Source of the DNA: Phoronis australis
Lineage: Eukaryota > Animalia > Phoronida
Assembly (NCBI GenBank): GCA_002633005.1
Contig: NMRA01000714.1
Coordinates: 60,400-124,399, forward strand
DNA: 64,000 bases
Direction: 5' to 3'
Shown: positions 39,143 through 52,936 of the stretch, piece after piece
Numbering within the stretch: position 1 is the stretch's first letter
Layout: the number at the start of each line of letters is the position of its first letter
Notes under the pieces: generated by a model
Told to the model about the DNA's origin: nothing
The model's database searches: none
What the model saw: the letters and a program-made list of their open reading frames with translations, nothing else
Position numbers and translations under genes: made by a program

Positions 39143-39400
39143 ATGGTGATGATGGTGATGATGATGATGGTGCTGATGATGGTGACGGTGGTGGTGGTGA
39201 TGATGGTGGTGGTGATGATGATGATGATGGTGATGGTGACAGTGATGATGATTACGATGACGGTGATGATGGTGATGGTTGTGGTAATGATGACGGTGGT
39301 GGTGATGATGATGGTGATGAGGATGGTGATGGTGACGGTGGTGGTGATGGTAACGGTGACGATGATGGTGAAAATGACGGTGATGATGATGACGGTGATG
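39143..39400. repeat. (GAT/GGT)n compound microsatellite
   Basis: Direct reading. Confidence 0.95.
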
Positions 39401-39508
39401 AAGTCATTTTCAACAGTTATTTTTACTAATGTTGTTTTATTAAAGAAAAGGTCAAACTGCCTTTTCTAGTAAGCAGAATTACCCTTTAATGACCGAGGAC
39501 ATACTTAC

Positions 39509-39692
39509 TAACGTCACTGCTGATGCATTGAAATATAAAGTTAAATTCGTGTGCAACTTTTGAGGAACAATCTCGGGATCGAGATACGACGCAACCCTGT
39601 AGAAAGTCTCTCTGATTCGGGAATCACCCACAAAACCTATATGGGTTTCCCCGGAAGTTCGCCTCTTCATTGCAAAGCAACGTTTTGCATCC
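39509..39692 (-). CDS. CASD1-like SGNH gene, exon 3 (catalytic GDS)
   Basis: TCTTCTATACAG| ... TTA|GTAAGT; encodes DAKRCFAMK..HIGFVGDSRIRETFY, compared with CASD1 HIAFIGDSRIRQLFY. Confidence 0.9.
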
Positions 39693-39947
39693 CTGTATAG
39701 AAGAAAATAAACGGAACTTAATATTTCAGGTTGTTTATAATTTAAGCGTGTGTTTGATGTGTGCTGACTGCTGTGGTGGCAAATGCACTGATTTCACGAA
39801 ATAAAAGGAACGATTGAAAATCAAAGGAATTAAATGTAGGAAAACTGTTAGTAATTTAAAGTTTGAAAGTCAACAGAAACTTTGAAACGAATTTCGGGGG
39901 AAATATTGCCTGACTTTGATACTCCCAGTGGCGACTTGGTATTTTCC

Positions 39948-40547
39948 CAGGTTGCCAAACACAATCTGAAGGTTGCCAAACACAATCTGCAGGTCGCCAA
40001 ACACAATCGGCAGGTTGCCAAACACAATCTGCAGGCAGCCAAACACAGTCTACAGGTTGCCAAGCACAATCTGCAGGTTGCCAAACACTATATGAAGGTT
40101 GCCAAACACAATTTGCAGGTTGCCAAACACAGTCAGCAGGTTGCCAAACACAATCTGCAGATTGCCAAACACAATCTGCAGGTTGCCAAACACAATCTGC
40201 AGATTGCCAAACACAATCTGCAGGTTGCCAAACACTATCTGCAGGTTGCCAAACACAATCGACAGGTTGCCAAACACAATCTGCAGGTAGCCAAACACAG
40301 TCTGCAGGTTGCTAAATGCAATCTGGAGGTTGACAAACACAATCTGCAGGTTGCCAAACACAATTTGTAGGTTGCCAAACACAATCTGCAGGTAGCCAAA
40401 CACAGTCTGCAGGTTGCAAAAAACAATTTGCAGCTTGCCAAATACAATCTGCAGGTAGCCAAACACAGTCTGCAGGTTGCCAAACACAATCTGCAGGTGG
40501 CCAAACACAATCTGCAGGTTGCCAAACACAATCTGCAGGTTGCCAAA
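39948..40547. repeat. 21-bp minisatellite, ~28 copies
   Basis: Unit CAGGTTGCCAAACACAATCTG. Confidence 0.95.
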
Positions 40548-41548
40548 TCGAGAACTGATGGCCAATGGGAAAGCTGTTACCTTCATTATTATCCCTAAAA
40601 CCTGTCGCAAATACCCGGTTTTTCAAACCGAACTGCATACGAGTTATATCAATGAAAGCTCTTAATCATTTCTTGATGGTGTTTGGTTATTCCAAAAGCA
40701 AAAATACAACTTACTTCATTATAATTGTCATTTGTAAACCTGAAGGCTTAAAAATACTTTTACTTGTTTAATTCCAAAGCCCAAGAGTGTTACCAAAATA
40801 CAAAAAATAAGTGTTATAATGAAGCTTCTCATGTACTAACTGACTGATTAATTAACTAAATTTTCCACTAATTAAGACTAATTTCAATTAATTTAGGGTA
40901 AATAGTGACATAAAAAGAACATGAACCAGACGATTATATAGAGGACCAATTAAACCAGCAGTATAGTAGTTTCAATGATTAAAAAGATTGCTATTTTGAA
41001 CACATTGTCAACATTCGAAAATGAAAAACAGGACAACCTGATAAAAACGGGACATTTGGTTCTATGCCTAAACGTGCCTAAACGTAAGGGTGAAATGCTG
41101 GCCGCAACACCCAAGAACGTTTTATGTCGACCGGGAGACATAGTATCCTAAAGCTCACGACGGCGGGTGTTTTTGTTTTTCAGTCGAATGAGAAAGCGCG
41201 GGTTCATCAGAATTCATGAAACATGGCGGTGTTTGTCTTTGTAGTGGAACGAGATTATAGTGCTATGGCACGTGGGAAGTTACACTAGTGTATGATAATA
41301 GGTCAACGTCGCATTGTTTCAAAAAGCGAGACATTTCGATGGTGAGGCGGGATGGTGGAAAAGCGGGAAAATTTCAAAAAGTGGGACAGTCCGCCAAAAG
41401 CGGTAATGCAAAGTATTGGATTGGATTCGTTTACAGTGTGAACTTTTCATTTTTTAATTCACACTGTTAACCTCTCGGCCAGTTCCGTGAAAACTAGGGG
41501 CCGCAAGCTTTAACATTCAGTAGAACATAGTTAACGTGCGGGAGTTGT

Positions 41549-43197
41549 CAGTGGCGGATCTACGGGGGGGGGGNGTTCAGGGGGTTTAAACCCCCCTCGG
41601 GCCAGGACCTAAAAATTAAAAAAACAAAAACAAAAGCGTCTCCAGCAAAACAAAAACGGCACCGTCAGCGTATGTAAACCCCAAGTAAACCAACTTGGAA
41701 AAAATTGAGGGGAGGGTTCACTCTGAAAATATAGATTTTTGCATTGTGAATTGCTGAGTCTTTGTGGCTCATCGGCAAAACGCGCGGGGATTTATTGTGC
41801 GCGCGCTTCCGTCGACACTTCTGAAGTAGCCAAGCATGTTAGATGGATTCACCGCTGAAAGAGCAGTTCTATAGCTGATTTCTTTAGGTAACAAGCTTCT
41901 TTACTCTAAGATATATTTTGATTTGATTAGGGGAAATACTGCGGTGCCGCAACCCTGATATTCAGGCGAATTGACGTGCAACGTTTTTACCTCATCTGTC
42001 ATGCCGTGTCGTTATTACACTCCACACGTTTGTAACTGATGTATAGTAAAGTTGTCTTGCGCAATATCATACAGTGTACATGTACATGTAATATTATGTA
42101 CATGTANGATAGGACTAACGTATGAGTAACCACTGGGGATTAAAATTTTAGAGAGAAGTTTTCAATTCAAAATTTTTTGCATAGTACACTTTAGGTCTCG
42201 CGACGGACCAGGCCAGCTTGATTTGTGTAGATGTTGAGTTTCAGTGTACTTCTGGTCCCTCGGCGAACTAGTCTTGTGATTTTTTTTACCAAAGTGTGCT
42301 TTGCAAAACTATTTATCTCAGCCAATACTGTTTGGTCCCGCGACAGATCGACTATTTTTATAGGGATAATAAGCACAGGTGTACTCTTGGTCTCGTGACG
42401 GACCAGGTCAGCTTTTTGTGTACTCTCAGTGTACATCTGGTCCCTCTGCAAACTAGTCCAGTGTATCTTTTCACCACTGTGCACATGATGTTTTGGTTTC
42501 GTGAAACTGTTTTCAGATAATTTGTTTCCTGATAGATTTGACGTTTTTCAATTGTTGTCAACGTGATTCAGCTTAATAAAGTGATACCTAATTATTTATT
42601 GTCGCTTTTAATAATAGACTATGAGTTGAGTTTTTCTCGTAACGAGACAGAACACATGTTTATTTCCGGACTAACAGTACAGGTCTTCGTTCTTAAACAA
42701 CTTGAGGCTGCTGTTACGCGATCATCTGATAGTCAAGTTTTTACGCCCCGTCGGTGCTCCTTAATTATGCTCTTGAATATTTGGAAATTGTCTAAACTCC
42801 TGTATACACACCACACTTTTTCGTATACGACTTTTCGTATGCTGAAAAAGGTGTGTGTAAGCAGATGTTCCAACAAAAATTTTTGCTGGTGGCGTAACTC
42901 ATACCCAGATGTGCACAATATGGTTTCACGAAACTTACATGTATGTGCCAAGTTCATGTGACGAAATCGAGAAGGGTTTTTAATTATCTTAAGAAAAACT
43001 CCAGAGACATGTTAAGTGCCAGAAACTTACCAGGATGCATGGAAATTTCACTATTTGGCTACAAAAACAAAGAAATATCTTACACGGGAGGGGAAACCCC
43101 CTCCCGACCCCCCCCCCCGCTCGGCGCCACGCGCCTAGGATTCGAACTCGGTGGGAATACTAAACCCCCCCTTGCTGAAAACGTAGATCCGCCACTG
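41549..43197. mobile_element. hAT5-like non-autonomous element
   Basis: Perfect 16-bp TIR CAGTGGCGGATCTACG / CGTAGATCCGCCACTG; 5-bp duplication GTTGT (41544-41548, 43198-43202). Confidence 0.85.
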
Positions 43198-43729
43198 GTT
43201 GTCATCCATGTCTAGAGTTCTCAGACCTAGTTTGACACGCGGCATTGAAAAGCGTCGTTTTAGTGATAATTAAGTTAATTTTGCTTTGCAAATCAAGTCG
43301 AAATTGCGAGTGAATGTCAAAAAAGGAACGAGGCATTGGCATATATAGATTATATTGACCAAAAACCGGTCGACAACTCGTGGCGTTTTCCGTTTCTTCT
43401 TGGCCTCGGGAATTTGACTTAATTTGAACTTAGGAGCGCGAGATTTCGAAAACGGCTTGGTGGATTTCACTGAAACTATCTAATTTTTAACATTTTTACT
43501 CATCAATTTCAAAAACCCTGTTCGGTGTTTCGAGTACTGTAAATTAAACAAATACGACTTCTATTTTTTACAAAACATACTTCACGTTTTGCTATGTAAT
43601 TTTGAATAGAAACCAAATAAGGAGTAACTGAAAAGTCTTAATAGTTTGTTTGAGGTAAATTGTAAAGTAGTCATTTAAAATGGGTTTCATTAAAATCAAT
43701 CGAGGGTTATTTTGCTATGAATGTACCTG

Positions 43730-45028
43730 AACGTACCGTAGCTTACAGAGTTCGGTACTAGGCCAACTTACCGTGGTCGATCGCGGGAGTTTGGGTCTGT
43801 TTGGACATAAATTCGAATCATTCGTCCGTGAAATACAGACAGGAGAAAATACCTGTGTATTGTAATTTTAGACTTGCATTTTTTTCAGTTTTAAACACAC
43901 AAAATGCTTGTTATCCCAGCCAGTGGCTCGGAACCCGATCAAGCCCGTCGCGGCCGCCGGCGGGATTGGACATCACCGAACATAAACCAGCTTAAGTTGG
44001 AAAGTAAACCTCTAGTCACAAGACTATAGTAGTGAGCTAAAGAAATAATGTGCACGTAATTATTTTTAAGAATTAGCCACGAAACTGAAAATCTACATTT
44101 ACTTGTCGGGGGGCGCGAAATCACTGAGGTCCCCGTCGACAGAACCGCCAGGGAAAAGGTTGAACAGTAACAATGATTTGAATAATGTGTTTGTATCTAA
44201 ATAAAGATTCCCCAAACATGTGACCATAGCAAATAAGATCGAGCTATTGTTTCACAACAGCTTTCTGTCAGCAAACACTGAATTAGCATGCGCTCACACG
44301 GCCTCAGTGACCGGTCAATTATCTTTATTGCATCTAAAGCCGGTAACGCAGTGGTTTATTCATTGCTGGCTTCTCAAAACGTTTGTATTCATGAATACTC
44401 CAAAGGCATTACAAATTGTATCTAATGAGACAGAATTTGTTTCAGTTTTATATAAGCATGGGTTAAGGTGAGAATAATTCATTTCCACGCAGAATAATAA
44501 ACGTCTAATTGGCAACTCGAAATCCCGACTTAGACGAGAGCTCATCGCACGAAAACTTTACAGGTGGATCGTTAGGTTTCACAGGTTATCAGTTGGAACC
44601 GGAATACACTGATCAAAAATACTAGAGAGGCGCCATGAACATTCACAGGCAACGGAACGTATGGACAGTTCTTTGTAAGCCGGCATTTGTCAGAGAAATC
44701 CCTGTCGACAAAATGTCGGCCACAGACACGGAGATGTTTCACGGCCTCATACTTGCTGTTAACAGCGTAATTTTCATTCTTCACTACCACGAGCCACTTC
44801 CTTAACAATTTGGGTTCTCGAGGAAGTCGAAAAAAACGATATATCCGTTATCCTCGCAGCTCCATAGTTCGGGCAAGCGGGAACGATGCACCGCAAAATA
44901 GCGGCATTCACTAAGCAAATGAACCACTGACGTCGCTGCGTCGTTTTCTCACCTTCTTTACAGGTTAACGCGACACCTCTGGGAAAGGTAAGGTCGACCG
45001 TGTGCGAGGCGATGTGGATATAGATCAA
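43730..45028 (-). mobile_element. Kolobok K2 copy with the best-preserved THAP
   Basis: RCIVPACPNYG..ISFF/..LRKWLVVVKN..LRVCGRHFVDRDF..RLTKN; colinear with 14020-15570. Confidence 0.85.
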
Positions 45029-45032
45029 TTAA

Positions 45033-46070
45033 AGGAGAATGCCACCCGAAAAAAACATTTTGTATCAATTTAGATTGAGTAGTTCTGCTCGATAACGGCA
45101 CGTTCGGTTGCGTTACCTGACACCTGACGCAGACGGAGGTGTTGAAATTATCCAATGACGTAATTGGTTTCACACGCAGTCTGTTCAGCAGTTCACAACA
45201 CGGGTTACTGGTGTCAGGTTCCCGCTTAACTTCATCGTTTAACACCAATAAATAATCAAATTTCGATGTAAAACCCTTAAAATACACCGAGTTCTTATAA
45301 AAACGTGTTGTTCTATTTCCCTGTTATTTAAAAACACCGTAGCCTACAAATTTCGGCAGGCCAATTTACCAAGGTCCATAGAAGGAGTTTGGGGTCTGAG
45401 CTAAATTATTCTAAAGTATTCTTCCGTGAAATACAGACAGGAGACCCTAGAACTGTGTTGTTTAGACTTATGATTTTATGAGTTCTAAACACACAAAACG
45501 CTTGTTATCTCGACCAGTGTCTCGGAACCCGATCAGCCCCGTCGAGGCCGGACTGACTCGTTATTCCCGCCAGTGGCTCGGAACCCGATCAGGCCCGTCG
45601 GGACCGCCGGGACTGGCACGAACATAAACCAGCTTGAGTTGGAAACTAAACCTCCAGTCACGAAAAGACTATAATAGTGAGCCAAAGAAATAATGGGAAT
45701 TAGCCACGAAACTGAAAATCTACTTACTTGTCGGGCGACGCGAAGTCGGGTTCCCCTTCCACAGACCGTCAGGGCAAAGATTGTACCGTAAGAATGATTT
45801 GAATAATGTATTTGTATTTTTGAATAAAGATTCCCCTAACATGTGACCATGGATATAAAACCGAGTAATTGTTTCACAGCAGCTTTCTGTCAGCAAACAC
45901 TGAATTAGCATGCGCTCACACGTTCTCGGTGCCCAGTCAATTACCTTTATTGCTGGCACCAAAAGCCGGCAGTGATTTATTCATTACGGGCTTCTCAAAA
46001 TTTGCACTCAAGAATACTGCAAAGGCATTACAAATTGTATCTAATGAGACTGACTTTCTTTCAGCTTTAT
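45033..46070 (-). mobile_element. Kolobok K2 left half inserted at the subterminal TTAA of the previous copy
   Basis: TTAA|AGGAGAATGCCACCC at 45029-45047; colinear with 13708-14760. Confidence 0.85.
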
Positions 46071-47591
46071 GCCATCTTTGTTTAAACAAGGGGCATTAAA
46101 CGCTACACTTTTCTAAACTTCTGTGGATTGACTCGAGCTTTCTCAGTAATCTCTTATACACTTAAATAGACACGCTTTTGCATAGGCACACGATGTAAAA
46201 GCTGCCCGATACATAATGCAAAAATGAAGACAACAAAAATACATAGAGACATGATATTCATTTAATCCTGGATGTTCGATAGGAACATCCGTGATTATCA
46301 GAAGAAAATCTGAAACAACTGGCGCGAAAACGTTTGGAAAGGTGTGAAATATTACTAACTTGCAGAGCCAAATTGCAATACATCAGTCTCACATCTATAG
46401 CGTGTTACTAGGTAAACTGCAAGCATTTTTGATTTACCAATTTTGAATTGAACCCTGAAATTTCAAGAGAAAACTACGGTCTAATCAAAGTGGACAAGAA
46501 CAGACATTTGCTGTGGCTTGATCACCCAAAGAGAATATCCAGACATTTTAATGTTTGGATTCATTGCAATGTTGATTTTATTTTGTTTAACAAATGAAAT
46601 TTCTAAAATTGCAGTACCAACGCTAAATGAAAAATGAACTCGTCGCAAAATCTGCAATTTTTCTTTTCCCATCCCACGTCTCCATGTTCTTCCACCGCCC
46701 ACTCGGACCCTTTTGCTCGGTGGTTCCGAAATCGATATTACCTTGGCCCTCAACTGTTGCGATACTTTTCGGAGTGCGTCAGTTGCATAACCCAACATGC
46801 GTTGAGCATGACGCTTTTGAGGGGGATTTAAATTGGGTGCCAGCCTAGGCCCACTTTTCAATGGAGAGGTGACGAACGCAAAATTGAGTAAGTTTTGACC
46901 GGGAGAGGTTCATAACTAAGAACAGGACATGGCACAGCTGCGCACCCCTTGGCTGCGTCATCACGATAAAAACCAAAAGTGTGATTTATTTATCATCAAG
47001 TCACTTCAGTAACGATTGATTTGTTAGCATCAGAAATTTCGACTCTAAATTCAAACACAAAAATCAAAGCAAGTAACACACTAAGTATTAATTTTGAAAA
47101 CATTCGCCGATACTTGCAGCGTTTGTAATTACAAAATTATTACGTATAGATGCCGCCACCTCTTGCTAAATAACGTTCTATTAGGAAAGCATAAAAATCT
47201 TTTTATTTACACAAAATGTGCAACTGTAAATGCTGAGAATTTTCTGATATCATGAACATGTATCTAGCCACGCTGAAAAAATGAAGTGCTTTCCGACATG
47301 GCCACAGAATGAAAGACTAAAACTACGACCCAAGGTCTATTCATGACTTGTGACACCATGCTGTGACGTTTCTTTTTCCTTAGTATGTTCCTCAAGTTTT
47401 CTCAGATAAAGTTTCTCCAGTGTTATATCGCAACATAGGCTGATTGATCAATGAATGTGCCTCCCAAGGGTTGATTCCGCCGTCCATGACTTCCGCCACC
47501 AGTTCGAGTTGCTTGGACATAGTTATGTCTAAAAACGCTAACATCATCATGTAAGAACCAGAGATTTGTTTTATGGCAGGGCGAAATGCAG

Positions 47592-47742
47592 GCGTGCGTT
47601 CAGTAGACGCTAGGACCTACGCTAGGACCTAGCTAAAACCTAGTCAAAGTCACGTGCTCTCATTTGAAATGCACGGCAATATCTCACGTAATCTCGCGAA
47701 GTCTTGCTTTTTAGCGAGGTCCTAGCGTTACTGAACGGGAGG
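47592..47742. mobile_element. Small Harbinger-like MITE
   Basis: CGTTCAGTAGACGCTAGGACCT mirrored by AGGTCCTAGCGTTACTGAACG; CAG on each side. Confidence 0.5.
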
Positions 47743-48978
47743 CAGATTTAGCAAGAAATCTAACTTTGTTTTCATCCGTAGCAATTACATGCACGTGTTT
47801 CCCTATTTACTATCAATATATTGATTATATAAACAGCTGTTTCCGTACTTATAACTTAAGTTTTATTATTAAAAATGAGCAATGGAGCACAAAATACGGG
47901 CTTACGGTTTTAGAATTATACACGACTTGTTGAATGCTTAGAGTGTACATATTAATCACTAATTGGTGAATACGAAACTGCTCGATCTCAATTTTCTGTT
48001 CCTGATTGACTAGCAAATGTCTACTTCTGAATATTGCTGACAAAAAATATTAAACATCTAAATAAAAAATAGGTAGTGCATACGGTGACTTCGTATGGTC
48101 AGGATTTCGAATCACCTAATTCATTTCGTGGATCAAGCTTGGTAGTTTGAAGAACTGGACAGAGTATTTTAGATACTGGAAAACAGTTGACAGACGAGAC
48201 TTTTACTGCAAAGGATATGCAGTCAACAACTGAGGAATAAGAACAGGTAACAAGCGAATTTATCGACATTTGACAAAAGGAAATTTTTCGTTAATGAAGG
48301 TATAACCATAGCAACACTCGTCACGTTTTCAAGTTCTCCATTTCAGCTCATTACATTGTTTATATCACCATATGTTACATTATTATAATATATTCCATCA
48401 TGTCCAAATGGTTATGAAGTTGCAAAATCCGTATTGTTAATGAATTTTATGTATTTTACTCCATCTGTTACTTGTTACAGTGAAGTCTAGGGAAAAGCCC
48501 TTATCGGCAGCTCGATCTTTTAGTTATTAAATCCGCACTATGATGTCTAATGATACGAAAACTTCAATTCTGATCCATTGAAAAATCAGTCTATCAGTAA
48601 AATGTAGCGTATCACTAGGATGAATTTAAAAGGCGGACATTTCCGGGTAAGAAAACAATTTTGCAGTGGCGTTGGGTTGCAATCACTTCATGAAGTCTAT
48701 TCAATCATAATCATAAGTCCCGTTTAGACATCAACTTTTGATCCAGCGCAACTGACACGGAGCAACTTGATCGGTGTCAAGTGACCCTTTCCACACGCAA
48801 TTTCACTAACTGTGGCAAGACGGAAGTTGTACGCTGGAGAGTGGAATGCACATGCGCAGGTTTTCAAATAGCGCGGGAGTTGCAGAGACAGAAAACCCGT
48901 ATGTAGGTCATTGCACAAGCGCAGTAATAAAAGATAATCCTTTCCGACTTGCCCCAATTCCGCCTTTAGACATATAAT

Positions 48979-51900
48979 GGGGCTATTCGGAAAATTTACA
49001 TTAACTAGAGGGCGCGCGTGTACTAGTGGTGACAGATAAGCAGCCTCGATTTCGCGAACCCTTTAAATACATCGTGAAAGGGCTTACAACCGTACCAACT
49101 GAACCTGAGATTGCGTGAAAAGGGTGCTTCTATGAGAGAAAGTAAGCACGACCTCATACAAAGGTAAGGTTTGTGATTATTTTAACGATTATTCCATGTT
49201 TATTCTACTGTTGCCTGTTAACTGAGGTACTCGCCGATGTCGACTTCGTGGCAGTCGCCAATCGGGTTAATCTTTGTTTTGATATGTGTTACGATACTTG
49301 ACGTAACACTAGCGATCTTTTTGTTCATCAAAGCAGTATTATTGTTTGGAATGATTTATAACAGGTTCATCAGTGACAGTTACATCAATCAATGCTAGAT
49401 TTTATGCTGTCAACTCGATATTGGTTAGTGAGTTAAGATTACAATCCAAGCCCAATGGCAATGGGTACGGGACAAATATCCATTAGACTAGTTGTTTACT
49501 CCCTATCCTAGGTCTTCCGGAAATCTATTTCACGTTGAAATGGAAATCTATCATGTCTGTTTTCACGTGACGTTTGTTTTTAGGTTTGAGGGCTTGTACC
49601 GTGCAGAGGAGATATGCATCGCTTCTGTACCGTCCCTGATTGAACAAAAATTGGTTTTAAGCATTTGACTGCAGCTAACCAGCAAGATCTTCCCGTCCAG
49701 TGCAGATCTGTTGTCAAAGCCTACTTTCTATATCGGAGACAACGAACAAAGTCTTTGAAAACGGAATAGCTATTTTTAAAGAAAGGTATGTATGGCGTTT
49801 GGTTAACTTACTTATTCAGGTCCTTAGCGGGGGATTGGCATAGGAGGTTGCGGGGGCGGATCCAGGATTTGAGTTTGGGGGGCAGGGCACAGGAATAACC
49901 AGAATTTCGGCATATGTGCGCGCCTAGCCTAAAATGTAGGGATGCAAGGGTCACGATTTTTTGGGTTTGTATTGGTGCAACTGAATGTGTGGAAAGAACA
50001 GGTAATACATGTGTGGGGGAAAGAGCATGGTGAGGTAATTCTTAACCTTCATGAAGTTCCTTAAAGTTTATTTCATGAAATTGTTTTGCTATAAATTGTA
50101 AACTCTTAAAAATATATTTCATGAGTTCTCAGTGACTGAACAGTCTTAACCCATGCCTTGAAATGTTGCGAGTCATTTATAAATTCAAAAGACTGCCATT
50201 CTTGTGAAAATTGCATTTTTGATGTGGCTTTGCGATTTTTAATTACTCTTAAACAACAGAAAGATTAACCACCATTTTTAATTGACACAAGTCTTCATAT
50301 CGTCTACTCCAAAAAAAATAAAAAGTCTGAGAAACGGTTCCCTCAGCCTTAGACTAGAAGTATGCATGACAGACCCACGAATCTGTAATGGGAGTTTAAA
50401 ATTACTGAAAGTATCAAAAATATAAAAGGTCTTGAAAATGGGTAACAAAGGTTTGAAGTTGTCTCAAAAACTTACATATTTTGCAGACAATTGATGAGTT
50501 TAAGGAATTGTTATGGTTACGAATGCAAAATATAGACGCAGTTTTATACAATACTTTTTATATGCACCCTTGCTTTCTAAAAATAGTAATTATTTAATTT
50601 TGTGTGAAGTTGTAGAACAGACACCATACCATATTTTTGAAAAACACCGATAGCAGTTTTGACCCAACCTAGAGTACTTAATTATTCATATTTCAATATT
50701 TCTTCCAAGTTCAGTGACATTTTAAAGTCACTTCAAGGTGCAACATAGATAAGCTTTATTACTCCTTTCTCTTCCTACAGCATTTCCACGCACGGGCAGT
50801 GCTGCATGGCACAACGTAGAAGTCAGTGGCACTGAAAAAATGTGAATCGCAATACTAAGTTACCAAAAGACAATGTGCCTGTGGATTGTTTGTGTATGAA
50901 GAGGAACTGCATCTGACTGCTACAGTAGTCAGCCTCGTTGGTGAGGATGCAATGAGTCATGTGTGGACAATAGCTTATTTCCTTTCCAGGAGGAAACATG
51001 AGGGGACGAAGCTAACGAAGACCTAGTGACGCTCTGGTATAGTTCAGGGTCACATTTTGGGCACAAAATGAGTCAAGTGATATGCTGTTGTATGTACATT
51101 CAAGGGTCAAATTGTGGATTTTATTGCGGATGAATGAAGTTAAGAAAAGCTTTATACTAATGGTAAAAACTTTTCAATTTTGGTACACATTATGGGGTAA
51201 TGACATCGATTGTCTTATTGTCAGTAGATAGCCCGTTAATGTTACACTTTGATGATTGAATAAATTTTTCATCAACGGGCAAGTTTGTCACTAATTATTG
51301 ATACCACAATATTTCTTCAGTTTTAAAGCCCCATACAGTGCAGTGGTGCTTATTCTTTATTAATATGAGATGATTACCGAATACGCTTGCGAATTGTCAT
51401 TTTCCTGTTGACCTATAGAAATGTGCAGCAATCAAAATGAAGTATTCCCTTTGTTTGCATTTGATTTGTGTGTGTAATTATTTTTAGAGCTTTCTTAATA
51501 AGGTCTTTGAACAGTTTTAAGTTTTGTGTTAAACTGTCAATGAACAAATTTTCACATGCAAGAAAAGTATGTTTTCAACTGTAGCTAGGTGGATAAGAAT
51601 CTGCTATGCACAAGATTCGAGAATAAACAATTATCTGATTGTATTTAAAAACAAAATGGCAAACTGAACAACCACATACATACAAAGAAACAACATTGTT
51701 AAAAACAAGTGTAATTTTCCCAATGCAACAGAGTCCGTAACCAAATTATTTGAATTAGGTCCCATTATCTCAGGTTATTGCTGAAGGATTGCTTTTCACT
51801 TATTCCAAAGGTAAAATAGACGGTCAGGCGGCTGGTTTCAGTCGTTTTCTCTCACCTGTAACAGAACAGTAAGAGAAATATTGACAAATTATAAAAGAAA

Positions 51901-52936
51901 ACACAAGACAAATCTACATTTGTAAGGCAGAACATACTTAACGTTTCATCTCCATGTGTATTTGTAGAAACTAATAATCTTTGTACCCAAGTCTTACTTA
52001 AGATCTGCATAAAAATATGTGAAACAGGCTAAATGTGACACTTAAAATGTGCTTCTGATCTCAACAAGTAAAATTCATTCTAGGTGTCAATTTTTTTCCA
52101 ATGCAATTATTGAATTAAAATATATGAAACAGACTAAAAGTGATTTAACAATGTGTATTTTTCATGACACCTAAAATGTGCTTCTGATCTCAAGTAAAAT
52201 TCATTCTAGGTGTCAATTTTTATTCCAATGTAATGTTATGATTTTTACTGAGCAGCTTATTCATGTTAGTTGGGCAACTAATCTGGTAGTCCTGGGGGTG
52301 TGGTCTGCTATAAAATAAGGAAACTCACTCATCTAGAGAGTTTTATTGGACACAGTTTTGAAGAGAAACGGCTGTGAAAAAGTCACCCTTGACTTCTGAG
52401 CGTCACGTACCATATATAACTTATATTGGGCGCACTCCCACCCAGGACAATATGTGAATTACGTGCTGCTAGCCTACCCGGCATCCAAGTCCCGGGTGAG
52501 TTTCTGGAAAGAAACACTTAGTTACACACAATAAAACCGTTATTCAGTGGGGTAACAGGTGGGGATAACATCACCGAACGATGTCGATAGAAATTGATTG
52601 CTAAAAACTTACCAAGTAACGTTATGTAGTCTCCCAGTGGAAATTATTTGAGCACACGGGGGCTTCGGCATCCACATATTTTTTTGTCAGTTGGTTGACC
52701 TTTTAGACCGGAATTCTCCACGAATGTATTAACCTTAGGTCTTTTGGGAATTTCTGATCACCTATTGAAGACTTGCACCAGGGAAAAAAACAATAATAAG
52801 GCTTAGCGCGACGACGTATTTTGATACCTATTCCGTCTTTTTACCACCTGTTTACAGGAAGACAGCGACGCATGCGCAATACAATCACCAACTAGTACAG
52901 CAGCGACGCCGCGAGGAGAATTCTCCAAATAGCCCC
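48979..52936 (-). mobile_element. ISL2EU element, copy B (inverted relative to copy A)
   Basis: AT|GGGGCTATTCGGA...TCCAAATAGCCCC|AT; reverse-complement colinear with 25699-31984 minus the nested insert; YqaJ-like AVLHGTT*KSVALKK..CGLFVYEEELHLTATVVSLVGED at ~50795-50950. Confidence 0.85.

Noticed and set aside
39052-39469. Asp/Gly-rich and Met/Val-rich ORFs as biomineralisation-type proteins
   Set aside because: They are translations of a (GAT/GGT)n microsatellite inside an intron, with no signal peptide or splice support.
39848-40665. KHNLQVA heptad 'coiled-coil' ORF and its overlapping frames
   Set aside because: A 21-bp minisatellite that is open in most frames; intronic.
25699-52936. One giant element with multi-kb terminal inverted repeats (Maverick/Polinton-like)
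   Set aside because: Each arm has its own TIRs and AT duplication, the arms are diverged, and the interval holds host exons rather than polB, integrase or capsid genes.
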